Assembly: GCA_030604855.1 (NCBI GenBank)
Contig: JAUVVC010000005.1
Span: 1 to 32,000, forward strand
Length of the DNA: 32,000 nt
DNA from: Erysipelotrichaceae bacterium
GTDB lineage: Bacteria; Bacillota_I; Bacilli_A; Erysipelotrichales; Erysipelotrichaceae
Reading direction: 5' to 3'
The notes beneath the pieces are model-generated. The model saw only the letters and a list, made by a program, of their open reading frames with translations, did not search any database and was not told the origin of the DNA. Made by a program: the position numbers and the translations under genes. Positions 1 to 7,849 of the stretch are shown here, piece by piece (position 1 is the first letter of the stretch; each line of letters begins with the position of its first letter).

Positions 1-63
1 ATCATCAATAAAGTCCTCACCCAAAGTATAACTGAATTCCCTTTGTGTGAGGACGATGAATAA
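1..63 (+). CDS. 3' end of an unidentified upstream CDS (partial, runs off the window)
   Basis: Frame +1 is open from the window edge to TAA at 61-63 (..IINKVLTQSITEFPLCEDDE*). It is too short to identify. A hairpin plus T-tract follows at 97-124. Confidence 0.3.
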   Translation: MINKVLTQSITEFPLCEDDE

Positions 64-96
64 ATCATGGATTATGTTTTCTTTATTTTTCAAGAT

Positions 97-124
97 GGCG
101 AAGATTTATCTTCGTCACTTTTTT
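97..124 (+). terminator. Rho-independent terminator candidate
   Basis: GGCGAAGA-TTTA-TCTTCGTC hairpin (one G.U pair), followed by AC and a T6 tract. Confidence 0.5.
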
Positions 125-216
125 ATGTTTGATAAATGTCACAGCAATGTTTGAGTTATGACAAAGTTTCGACATACTTTTGGACTATTCTTGAATGATA
201 AAAGGGAGGAATCATT

Positions 217-1674
217 ATGTATTTATTTAATCGTGCCTTTGCCTACATCCGAAAACAAAAAGCAAAAACAATCTTACTTCTCGTCTTGTTCTTTATCATC
301 GCAAATATTGTGCTTGCGGGCCTATCCATCCAAAGTGCGACGGAAACAGCAAAGGTACTGGCACGTCAAGAAATTGGAGCAGATGTCATCTATACCTTCA
401 ACACATCGAAACTCACCACAGATTTCAAGAGTGGTGTCATTGATGCGACTGTGGATCGATCCACACTTGAAGGGGCTCCTTTGTATGGGAACTTCATTAA
501 ACTTTTAGACTCAGATATGATCCAATCGTATGATGCAGTAAGCAATTACGAAGTCACAACTGAAGTACTGACACCCTATGTCTATGTATCTTCGACGTCG
601 ACATCTACAACTGGAACGGGTTCTGGTCAAGGTGCAGGCAAGCTTATCACAGGAACCTATGAATCCAGTGGCGATTTAAGTTTAAGAACATTCACACGAA
701 CCGAACCCAGTGACTTTGTGGACGGGACTTCATCCTTACTACAAGGCCGCTATGCGACACAAAGTGAAATCGATGAAGGTGCTTATGTCGTTTTGATTGA
801 AAAGACGCTTGCGGATTTGAATCAAATCAAACTGGGTGATTCATTGAGTTTGACGCCAACGGTTGAAGCTTATAACACCAGTACTTTGACATATGAAGTC
901 ATCGGGATTTATCAAACCAATGAAATTATTGATGATCGAAGTGCAAGCATGGTGGGTTCATCTCTCTTAGCGCAAAATCGACTTTACACACCATTCACAA
1001 CCTTAAGTGCAATGGGCTATACCGATAATGAACTCAGCCAAGTTCTATTGGATAAAGCAGTCATTACCCTCGATGATCCTTTGAATGTGGATGCATATCT
1101 AGCATCCATCGAAGGTGAGATCAACTTAGTCTACGGATCAATCTCCGCAAACGATGCCGTATATGAGCAACTTGCAGGTCCAATCGATACGCTTGGTCAA
1201 ATGAGTACCGTCTTGGTCTGGATCGTTGTGATTGCAGGTGCTGCGATTCTATCTTTGATCACAGCCTTGACGATCAATCAACGTCGTAATGAAATTGGTA
1301 TCCTTTTAGCCATTGGCGAAAGTAAAACCAAGATTGTCAGTCAGTTTATTGTGGAAGTCCTTACGATTGCTATCATCGCATTCACGCTTTCCACATTCTC
1401 TGGTTTAAAAATTGGACAAATGATCTCCGAAACAACGCTCTCAACATTCTTAACCCCGGAACAAACTGAAGTTGTTCCAACAGGAGTGGGTAGAAGAGCT
1501 TCAACGGTATCTATTGAAGATATTGAGCCTGTTGAGCTTAATGTCAAATTCGATCCGATCGTCTTGATTCAATTCTTTGGGGCAGGTTTATTGATTTCAA
1601 TCATTAGTGTGGCGATTCCAGCGCTTTATGTCACACGTTTCAATCCAAAACAAATATTGACGAATAACGGGTAA
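217..1674 (+). CDS. ABC transporter permease, FtsX/MacB type, with a large extracytoplasmic domain
   Basis: 485-aa ORF with a GGGAGG ribosome-binding site just upstream. It has an N-terminal TM helix, a ~300-aa extracytoplasmic domain and a C-terminal FtsX-type TM bundle (..LTINQRRNEIGILLAIGESK.. loop). The ATPase gene starts 7 nt after its stop. Confidence 0.9.
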   Translation: MYLFNRAFAYIRKQKAKTILLLVLFFIIANIVLAGLSIQSATETAKVLARQEIGADVIYTFNTSKLTTDFKSGVIDATVDRSTLEGAPLYGNFIKLLDSDMIQSYDAVSNYEVTTEVLTPYVYVSSTSTSTTGTGSGQGAGKLITGTYESSGDLSLRTFTRTEPSDFVDGTSSLLQGRYATQSEIDEGAYVVLIEKTLADLNQIKLGDSLSLTPTVEAYNTSTLTYEVIGIYQTNEIIDDRSASMVGSSLLAQNRLYTPFTTLSAMGYTDNELSQVLLDKAVITLDDPLNVDAYLASIEGEINLVYGSISANDAVYEQLAGPIDTLGQMSTVLVWIVVIAGAAILSLITALTINQRRNEIGILLAIGESKTKIVSQFIVEVLTIAIIAFTLSTFSGLKIGQMISETTLSTFLTPEQTEVVPTGVGRRASTVSIEDIEPVELNVKFDPIVLIQFFGAGLLISIISVAIPALYVTRFNPKQILTNNG

Positions 1675-1681
1675 GGAGAAC

Positions 1682-2377
1682 ATGATGTCAATTCTAGAAC
1701 TAAAAAATATTACTTATGGTTATATTGATGGAAATAAGAAACGTACCATTTTAAATGACCTTTCGTATACCTTTGAAAAAGGGAAATTCTATTCAATCCT
1801 TGGGCCATCCGGAAGTGGTAAGACAACCTTATTATCCTTGATGGGTGCACTTGAGAAAACGCAAGAAGGCAGTATTTATTTTGAGGGTAAAACAATCGCA
1901 GAGATCGGTTATACACAGTATCGTCGTAATCACCAAGCCATCGTGTTCCAACAATTCAATTTGATTCCCTATCTTAGTGGTTTGGAAAACATATTGAATG
2001 TCATGCATATCACCACCAACGAATTACCAAAAGATAAGCGGACAACAGCTTTGAATCTTTTAAACACCTTTGGGATCGTGGAATCTAAAGCGAAGCGAAG
2101 TATTTCACAGCTCTCTGGTGGGGAGCAGCAACGTGTTGCGATCGCACGTGCATTGGCAACCAATGTGGATTTGATCTTAGCCGATGAACCCACAGGGAAC
2201 TTAGATACCGCAACACAGAAAGAAATCGTTGCGATCTTCAGAAAACTTGCCAGCGAATATGGTCGCTGTGTCATCGTGGTCACGCACAGTGATGAAGTCG
2301 CGAAAACCAGTGACACACAATTGAAGTTGGTTGATGGTAAACTCGTGGATATTACTGGGAGTGTGAATCATGTCTAA
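1682..2377 (+). CDS. ABC transporter ATP-binding protein (MacB/LolD-like subfamily)
   Basis: Walker A GPSGSGKTT, signature LSGGEQQRVAIARAL, Walker B LILADEPTGNLD, H-loop VVTHS. AAGGAG ribosome-binding site upstream. Confidence 0.95.
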   Translation: MMSILELKNITYGYIDGNKKRTILNDLSYTFEKGKFYSILGPSGSGKTTLLSLMGALEKTQEGSIYFEGKTIAEIGYTQYRRNHQAIVFQQFNLIPYLSGLENILNVMHITTNELPKDKRTTALNLLNTFGIVESKAKRSISQLSGGEQQRVAIARALATNVDLILADEPTGNLDTATQKEIVAIFRKLASEYGRCVIVVTHSDEVAKTSDTQLKLVDGKLVDITGSVNHV

Positions 2378-3794
2378 AGAATTTCTTAATGAGATTAATG
2401 AAAAGGAAGCCAATCAAAACGAGAGTTTTCAAAAAGAGAAATTCGAGAAAATAAAACCAGATCGATCAAAATATATCGTACTGGCACTCGTGTTGATCGC
2501 ACTAATCGTCGCATCCATCTTTTTCATGAATCCTAAAGTCACACTCGAACAATTGGTGGGGATGGATATTTCAGATGCCAAGACCTGGGCTTTTAACAAT
2601 GATATCCAACTGATTCAGAAAGATATCTATGCACCGATGGAAAGTGGAACGATATTAACGCAATCCATTGAAGCAGGGAATGAAATCAAAGCTAAAAGCA
2701 CAATTACCGTGGAAGTATCCCTTGGTTATGATCCCAATGAAGTGATCAATCTCCCAATGTTTGATGACACATGGACAAAGACGAAGATTATTGCTTGGTT
2801 AAATGAAAATCAGCTCGAGAATTTTACCTTGGTATATGAAGAGACTTTGGATAAAGAACCAAACCTATATTTGAGCCATACTTTACCTGAAACCACAAAT
2901 GAATTCTTAAGATCACATCAAATCGAGTTCACCCTAACAGCCTTACCCGTCGAAGCAGAAATCACGGTCGTCGACTTCTTGAATTTCAGTACGGCCCAAA
3001 TTGATGCGTGGGCGAAGGATAATGAGATTCTTGTGAAATACAATTTCGCCTACAGTGATACGGTTCAAACCAATAAAGTGTTGAGACAAAGCCTTTCTGC
3101 TGGTACGATCATCAATCCAAAAGATAGTATTCTTGTGACGCTATCACAAGGACCTGCCATTAAGGTCGTCGACTTTACATCGTATGATGAAAGTGCTGCT
3201 AGTGCATGGGCAAAAGAGAACAGTATCGATTTGACGACCATCAAGGAATACAGCTTGAATGTGGCGAAGGATGTGGCCATCTATCAAAGCTTAGCGAAAG
3301 ACAGCATCGTCAAGACAGGAGAGAATTTGACACTCTATTACTCGCTTGGTGCAGAAATCACCATTCCGAGTTATGTGAATCAAGCCTTTACGAATCTACA
3401 AAACTTTGTGGAGACACAAAATAAGAATAAAGCTCAACTCATCTTGAATGTGAAGTACAGTCATTCATCAGATGTGGCAAAGAATAAAATCATTGCACAA
3501 AGCATCGTGGATGCGCGTACTCCCATTGGTTCAACGATTGATGTGGTTGTATCGCTTGGGGATCTCGTGATTGTGCCAAGTTTGACAGATGATCCAACGA
3601 CATATGTTGGTGGAAGCCGCAGTGCTCTACAAGCGTATGAAATGGTGATGCAAGCATGTAAATCAGCAGACATCGTATGTCAAATCATCTTTGAAGACAA
3701 TGATGAGAAACTCGGTATGGTGTACTCACAATCGATTCAATCTGGAACACAAGTAAGTGATTCAACGGTTGTGGAAGTTGTGATCTATGATTGA
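2370..3794 (+). CDS. Single-pass membrane protein with about six tandem PASTA-like repeats and no kinase or transpeptidase domain
   Basis: Its ATG at 2370 overlaps the ATPase stop by 8 nt (AATCATGTCTAA). It has a ~40-aa cytoplasmic N-terminus and one TM helix (IVLALVLIALIVASIFF). Repeated ~65-70-aa modules follow. Examples: VGMDISDAKTWAFNNDIQL..GTILTQSIEAGNEIKAKSTITVEVSLG; VDFLNFSTAQIDAWAKDNEIL..VLRQSLSAGTIINPKDSILVTLSQG; VDFTSYDESAASAWAKENSIDL..AIYQSLAKDSIVKTGENLTLYYSLG. These fit the PASTA pattern. Confidence 0.75.
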   Translation: MSKEFLNEINEKEANQNESFQKEKFEKIKPDRSKYIVLALVLIALIVASIFFMNPKVTLEQLVGMDISDAKTWAFNNDIQLIQKDIYAPMESGTILTQSIEAGNEIKAKSTITVEVSLGYDPNEVINLPMFDDTWTKTKIIAWLNENQLENFTLVYEETLDKEPNLYLSHTLPETTNEFLRSHQIEFTLTALPVEAEITVVDFLNFSTAQIDAWAKDNEILVKYNFAYSDTVQTNKVLRQSLSAGTIINPKDSILVTLSQGPAIKVVDFTSYDESAASAWAKENSIDLTTIKEYSLNVAKDVAIYQSLAKDSIVKTGENLTLYYSLGAEITIPSYVNQAFTNLQNFVETQNKNKAQLILNVKYSHSSDVAKNKIIAQSIVDARTPIGSTIDVVVSLGDLVIVPSLTDDPTTYVGGSRSALQAYEMVMQACKSADIVCQIIFEDNDEKLGMVYSQSIQSGTQVSDSTVVEVVIYD

Positions 3795-3840
3795 CTAAGT
3801 ATCTCGACAAAAGGAGTTAAAATCCAGTATATTAAATAAA

Positions 3841-3877
3841 CCCTATAGAGGCTCGTCGTAAGCGAATCTCTATAGGG
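3841..3877. terminator. Bidirectional terminator between the convergent PASTA gene and etfA
   Basis: Perfect 10-bp stem CCCTATAGAG / CTCTATAGGG. It is flanked by TTTATTTAAT on the minus-strand side and by CTTTAAT on the plus-strand side. Confidence 0.7.
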
Positions 3878-3927
3878 CTTTAATCTGTGTTTGCTATTTA
3901 ATCATATGTATAAATAGATGACGTATT

Positions 3928-4938
3928 TCAAGAATGTTTTTGTTTGTAGGCTTTAAGATTTTCAATGACAAGCGGTAGAATCGCTCTCGCATCTCCTACA
4001 ATGCCGATTGTCGCAACACCAAAGATGGGTGCTTGGGGATCCGAATTGATGGCAATGATGGTTTCTGACTTATCCATACCAGCGGTATGTTGGACAGCAC
4101 CAGAAATGCCACAAGCAAGATATAAACGTGGACGTACGGTCTTTCCGGTTTGCCCAACTTGGATATCTTTAGGTGCAGCCCCTTTATCCACAACACCACG
4201 ACTTGCGGCAACGACGCCACCTGTTAAAACTGCCACTTCATCCAACAAATCAAAACAATTCAACATCCCTCGACCACCCGAAACCAAGATATTGGCATGA
4301 GTGATGTCAGGTCCTGTGTTATGCTTCTTAGTCCGCTTCAAGATGCGAACACTGTCTTCCATCGGTTTATAGGGAAGGTTGAGGATAATACCGGGACGAT
4401 TCGCTTGAAAGAAATCCGCATCCAAGACTTGAGGGCGTATCGTTGCCATTTGAGGGCGATGGTTAGGACATACGATGGTCCCAAAGAGATTGCCCCCAAA
4501 AGCAGGTCGTGTGATCCACAGCTCAGAAGTGTTCTCTTCATTAGGGTTGATCTCAATCTTTGTCGCATCCGCGGTAAGGCCTGTATCCAAACGTGCCGCA
4601 ATCCGTGGTGCCAAGTCACGCCCAATGACACTTGCACCGATCAGAAAGGCATCCGGCTTATGTTGTTTAACCAATTCACTGATAACATGTGTATAGCGCA
4701 ATGTGGAATAATGAGCAAGTTCTGGATGATCCGCCACATAGACACGATCTGCCCCATGGTTCAACACATCATGAGGCAATTGACCTAGATTACTGCCCAG
4801 TAGAATCCCTACGACTTCAAATTTCACATGTTTGATTTGTTTAACAAGTTTACGTGCTTCACTTAAAAGTTCATAACTAACACTTTGAATGACATTATCA
4901 CGTTGTTCAATGAATACGAGAATATCTTTGGTTTCCAT
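3928..4938 (-). CDS. etfA: Electron transfer flavoprotein subunit alpha
   Basis: EtfA-like sequence with the C-terminal FAD-binding region (..RPRLYLACGISGAVQHTAGM..IIAINSDPQAPIF..). I place the start at METKDILVF (4938), behind a GGAGG ribosome-binding site and 1 nt after the etfB stop. The ORF-track start at 4968 is an upstream extension. Confidence 0.9.
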   Translation of the reverse strand: METKDILVFIEQRDNVIQSVSYELLSEARKLVKQIKHVKFEVVGILLGSNLGQLPHDVLNHGADRVYVADHPELAHYSTLRYTHVISELVKQHKPDAFLIGASVIGRDLAPRIAARLDTGLTADATKIEINPNEENTSELWITRPAFGGNLFGTIVCPNHRPQMATIRPQVLDADFFQANRPGIILNLPYKPMEDSVRILKRTKKHNTGPDITHANILVSGGRGMLNCFDLLDEVAVLTGGVVAASRGVVDKGAAPKDIQVGQTGKTVRPRLYLACGISGAVQHTAGMDKSETIIAINSDPQAPIFGVATIGIVGDARAILPLVIENLKAYKQKHS

Positions 4939-4939
4939 A

Positions 4940-5722
4940 TCAGGCCTCCATGGTTTTGATGAGCACATCCGTGATCAATCGAGCTGCGTCCTCAGGACTC
5001 AAATCGGTTTTTAATGAAGCAGCTTCTAAACTTCGCGTAAAGATCTTTCTGACTTGTGTAGGAGATCCCTTTAACCCAACATCTGACTCTGGCAAATCGA
5101 GATCACTGAAACGTACAAGTGTAAGCGGCTTATCATAAGCAGCCCAAGCATCCACCGCATTCATGCCTCGATCCCTGTTCATTGTACTCAAGGTCGTAAT
5201 CAAAGCAGGGAGCTTCACTTCCAACAATTCGGAATCTTCTTCATAAGCCTTGCTTAATCTGAGCCAAGTCCCATCACACGCTTCAATGGATTCGACATAC
5301 GATACTTGAGGAATCCCAAGTTTTTCGGCCACTTGCGGACCCACTTGAGCGGTATCCCCGTCAATGGCTTGACGGCCTGCGATGATCAAGTCGAATGTCT
5401 GTGTTTTCAACCATGCGGCCAATGTTGTGGAGGTTGCCCAAGTATCGGCTCCAGCAAATTTCGCATCAGATAAAAGAACCGCTTGATCAACGCCACGACC
5501 CAGGATTTCTCTTAACATGCGTTCGGCTTGCAAAGGACCCATGCTTACGGCGGTGATGGTTCCGCCATACCTGTCTTTCAAACTCAAAGCAGCTTCAATA
5601 CCTGCCATATCATCTGGGTTGATGATGGAAGGTACACCAGCACGAATCAAGGTGCCATGGATCGGATCGATCTTCATTTCCGTCGTATCAGGTACTTGTT
5701 TGACTAAAACAATGATGTTCAT
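4940..5722 (-). CDS. etfB: Electron transfer flavoprotein subunit beta
   Basis: MNIIVLVKQVPDT.. is the typical EtfB N-terminus. 260 aa, lying between bcd and etfA. Confidence 0.9.
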   Translation of the reverse strand: MNIIVLVKQVPDTTEMKIDPIHGTLIRAGVPSIINPDDMAGIEAALSLKDRYGGTITAVSMGPLQAERMLREILGRGVDQAVLLSDAKFAGADTWATSTTLAAWLKTQTFDLIIAGRQAIDGDTAQVGPQVAEKLGIPQVSYVESIEACDGTWLRLSKAYEEDSELLEVKLPALITTLSTMNRDRGMNAVDAWAAYDKPLTLVRFSDLDLPESDVGLKGSPTQVRKIFTRSLEAASLKTDLSPEDAARLITDVLIKTMEA

Positions 5723-5728
5723 ACTGAA

Positions 5729-6868
5729 TTACCCTAAGAGGGACGCACTGATAACCATGCGTTGAACCTCTGATGTCCCTTCGTAAATTTCTGTAATCTT
5801 GGCATCCCGCATCATGCGCTCAACCGGATAATCACGGGTATAGCCATAACCCCCAAAGAGTTGAACCGCTTGGGTCGTCACTTCCATTGCCGTTTCAGAG
5901 GCATAGAGTTTGGCCATGGCGGCTTCCGTCGAATAAGCTTTGCCCTCATCTTTCAATACAGCGGCTTTGTACACCAACAAACGTGCCGCTTCAACTTTCA
6001 TGGCCATATCAGCCAGCTTGAATTGTGTGTTCTGGAAGGCACTGATGGGTTTATTGAACTGCTTACGTTGTTTGACATAAAGGATCGTCTCATCCAACGC
6101 ACCTTGTGCGATGCCCAATGCCTGAGCAGCAATTCCGATGCGACCTCCATCTAAGGTGCTCATCGCAACTTTGAAACCTTTGCCTTCCTGTCCCAATAAG
6201 TTGGTCAGAGGAACTTTCACATTCTGCAAGACAAGTTCACAGGTTGAGGAACCCCGAATGCCAAGTTTCTTCTCTTTCTTAGAGACACCGAAACCAGGCA
6301 TGTCTTTCTCGACAATGAACGCCGAGATGCCACGTGTTCCAGCAGACTTGTCCGTCATCGCAAAGATGATGTATATATCGGCATAACCAGCATTTGTGAT
6401 GAAGATTTTGGATCCTGTGATGAGGTAGTGATCATCGTGTTTGATCGCAATGGTTTGTTGGCCAGCCGCATCGGTTCCCGCATTGGGTTCGGTCAAACCA
6501 AAAGCACCCAAGGACTTACCTTCTAATAAGGGTTTAAGATACTTCTCTTTTTGCTCGGCGGTCCCAAATTGATGAATGGGATGTGCAGCGAGTGAAGTGT
6601 GAGCGGAAAGAATGACACCAGTTGTGGCACACACTTTGGAAAGTTCTTCAACCGCTAATATATAGCTTAAGGTATCTGCACCGGCACCACCCAATTCTTT
6701 GGCAAAGGGAATGCCCATCATTTTGGCTTCAACCATTTTTTGTAGGGTTTCGCTTGGAAAACGTTCTTCCTCATCGATTTCTGCAGCCAGGGGTTTGACA
6801 TGCTTAAGAGCGAAATCACGAAACATGGTTCGCATCAATTGATGCTTGGGGCTTAAGTTGAAATTCAT
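5729..6868 (-). CDS. bcd: Short-chain (butyryl-CoA-type) acyl-CoA dehydrogenase
   Basis: MNFNLSPKHQL..FPSETLQKMVEAKMMGIPFAKELGGAGADTLSYILAVEELSKVCATTGVILSAHTSL.. closely resembles clostridial Bcd as I recall it. It ends ..EIYEGTSEVQRMVIS... I place the start at 6868, 1 nt past the upstream gene's TGA. The ORF-track start at 6901 is an extension. Confidence 0.85.
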   Translation of the reverse strand: MNFNLSPKHQLMRTMFRDFALKHVKPLAAEIDEEERFPSETLQKMVEAKMMGIPFAKELGGAGADTLSYILAVEELSKVCATTGVILSAHTSLAAHPIHQFGTAEQKEKYLKPLLEGKSLGAFGLTEPNAGTDAAGQQTIAIKHDDHYLITGSKIFITNAGYADIYIIFAMTDKSAGTRGISAFIVEKDMPGFGVSKKEKKLGIRGSSTCELVLQNVKVPLTNLLGQEGKGFKVAMSTLDGGRIGIAAQALGIAQGALDETILYVKQRKQFNKPISAFQNTQFKLADMAMKVEAARLLVYKAAVLKDEGKAYSTEAAMAKLYASETAMEVTTQAVQLFGGYGYTRDYPVERMMRDAKITEIYEGTSEVQRMVISASLLG

Positions 6869-6869
6869 A

Positions 6870-7292
6870 TCAAGCCTTGGGTGGCATGATGGTTGCCACA
6901 CCTTTCACGACGACCTCACCCAATTGATTAACGGCAATCGTCTCCAATAAAACTCGATTCTTTTCTGAATTGATCTCAGATACCGTAACGGTTGCGGTGA
7001 TGGTGTCATTCAATCTGACGGGTTTCACGAATCGAGCATCCTGACCACAGTAAATGGATCCTGGACCGGGAAGTTCCGTTCCGAGTACCGTTGAAAACAG
7101 CGATGCGACCAGCATGCCGTGCGCTATTCGCGTTTGAAATAGGGTTGTGGATGCATAAGCCTCATCCAAGTGAACTGGATTATGATCCCCCGATATTTTG
7201 GCAAATAAATTCACATCCTCTTCAGTAATGATTTTGGTAAATGATGCGGTATCGCCCAACTTCAATTCATTAATCGTTTTCCCTTTTTGCAT
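6870..7292 (-). CDS. MaoC-like (R)-specific enoyl-CoA hydratase/dehydratase (hot-dog fold)
   Basis: 140 aa. The hydratase-2 motif region is ..FAKISGDHNPVHLDEAYA..FQTRIAHGML... GAGAGGAAA ribosome-binding site. First gene of the bcd-etfBA operon. Confidence 0.8.
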   Translation of the reverse strand: MQKGKTINELKLGDTASFTKIITEEDVNLFAKISGDHNPVHLDEAYASTTLFQTRIAHGMLVASLFSTVLGTELPGPGSIYCGQDARFVKPVRLNDTITATVTVSEINSEKNRVLLETIAVNQLGEVVVKGVATIMPPKA

Positions 7293-7338
7293 AAGTTTCC
7301 TCTCTGAATATAAAAGGTGAATCAGTATTCATGTTTTC

Positions 7339-7366
7339 ATCTTAAACCTTGTTAAAATATTGTCAA
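7339..7366 (-). promoter_or_regulatory. Sigma-A-type promoter of the maoC-bcd-etfBA operon
   Basis: On the minus strand: TTGACA (7366-7361), a 16-nt spacer, then TAAGAT (7344-7339). It lies ~45 nt upstream of the maoC start. Confidence 0.5.
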
Positions 7367-7388
7367 GTACTTGTTAATGTTTTAACAA
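7349..7388. promoter_or_regulatory. Two tandem Rex-type operators (TTGTTAA-N4-TTAACAA)
   Basis: Site B at 7371-7388, TTGTTAATGTTTTAACAA, is a perfect TTGTTAA-N4-TTAACAA palindrome. Site A at 7349-7366, TTGTTAAAATATTGTCAA, has 2 mismatches and overlaps the -35. The two sites are separated by GTAC. Confidence 0.7.
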
Positions 7389-7455
7389 TACAAAAATATG
7401 AATCTCCGTTAACTGAATTTCGTGATGATCATCATATTCTGAGAGAAGTGTGAAT

Positions 7456-7489
7456 TCTTCATCGCCTTGTCTCATATGAAGTCTATGAT
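7456..7489 (+). promoter_or_regulatory. Response-regulator-box promoter (distal, ~360 nt upstream of copB)
   Basis: TCTTCAT-CGCC-TTGTCTC-ATATGAAGTC-TATGAT. The spacing is identical to the five other sites in the copper island. Confidence 0.5.
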
Positions 7490-7744
7490 ATGTAAAAGAT
7501 GTGATGCATACATCATGATGACAAGAACGTGGAAAGATCAAATTTAGAAGTCATTTGAGAATATCATTCCGATTGAGCTATAGATAAAATAACTCTTATT
7601 TCCAGAATCTAAAGTATTGGGTAAGATGGATAATTATCGCAGAGAAAAGAACGAAGAATCTCAGAAAGTATTGAGATTGTTTTCTATCCACAATAACTGA
7701 GAATAAACAGCGCTTTAAACTAAAGAATAATTGAAGTAAAACAC

Positions 7745-7771
7745 TTGATAAATACCCCTTGGGGGTATAAT
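7745..7771 (+). promoter_or_regulatory. Proximal copB promoter with an overlapping CsoR-type operator
   Basis: ATACCCCTTGGGGGTAT (7752-7768) has 7-bp GC-tract arms of the CsoR operator type. It overlaps the -10 TATAAT (7766-7771). TTGATA at 7745-7750 is a possible -35, but the spacer is only 15 nt. Confidence 0.7.
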
Positions 7772-7849
7772 ATATCATTATAACGATAATCACGTCATTG
7801 TTGTAAGTTTAACTATAAAGACGAATGATTATCTGAAAGAGGAGCAAAT

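Noticed and set aside
13-54. Long hairpin, GTCCTCAC-c-CAAAG..(14-nt loop)..CTTTG-t-GTGAGGAC, inside the last codons of the partial upstream CDS.
   Set aside because: No T-tract follows and the real terminator candidate lies at 97-124. Without the upstream gene I cannot assign a function, and it may be a coincidental coding-region structure.
158-508. 116-aa ORF overlapping the start of the FtsX permease gene in another frame.
   Set aside because: It has no ribosome-binding site and a low-complexity product, and it overlaps a well-supported gene with a strong ribosome-binding site.
3965-4788. Plus-strand ORFs (111, 163 and 73 aa) antisense to etfA, and similar shadow ORFs opposite etfB, bcd, copB, MMPL, purK and others.
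   Set aside because: These are typical antisense shadow ORFs inside strongly supported genes. They have no ribosome-binding sites and no recognisable motifs.
4939-4968. N-terminal extensions proposed by the ORF track: etfA to 4968, bcd to 6901, response regulator from 11814, GNAT from 16164, PNPOx from 16664, GPH from 19219, IIB from 21163, b5 lipoprotein from 26559, VOC from 27757.
   Set aside because: In each case an internal ATG sits behind a ribosome-binding site, or abuts the upstream stop codon and gives the family-typical N-terminus. The extensions overlap neighbouring genes or use TTG or GTG starts without a ribosome-binding site.
7476-7547. 23-aa ORF MKSMICKRCDAYIMMTRTWKDQI with a CxxC motif, upstream of copB.
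   Set aside because: It has no ribosome-binding site. Its ATG lies upstream of the -10 of the only promoter I can see there (7484-7489), so it would not be on that transcript.
7596-7793. 65-aa minus-strand ORF in the AT-rich region upstream of copB.
   Set aside because: The product is a low-complexity Phe/Ile/Leu-rich sequence from AT-rich DNA. It overlaps the copB promoter and CsoR operator and has no ribosome-binding site.
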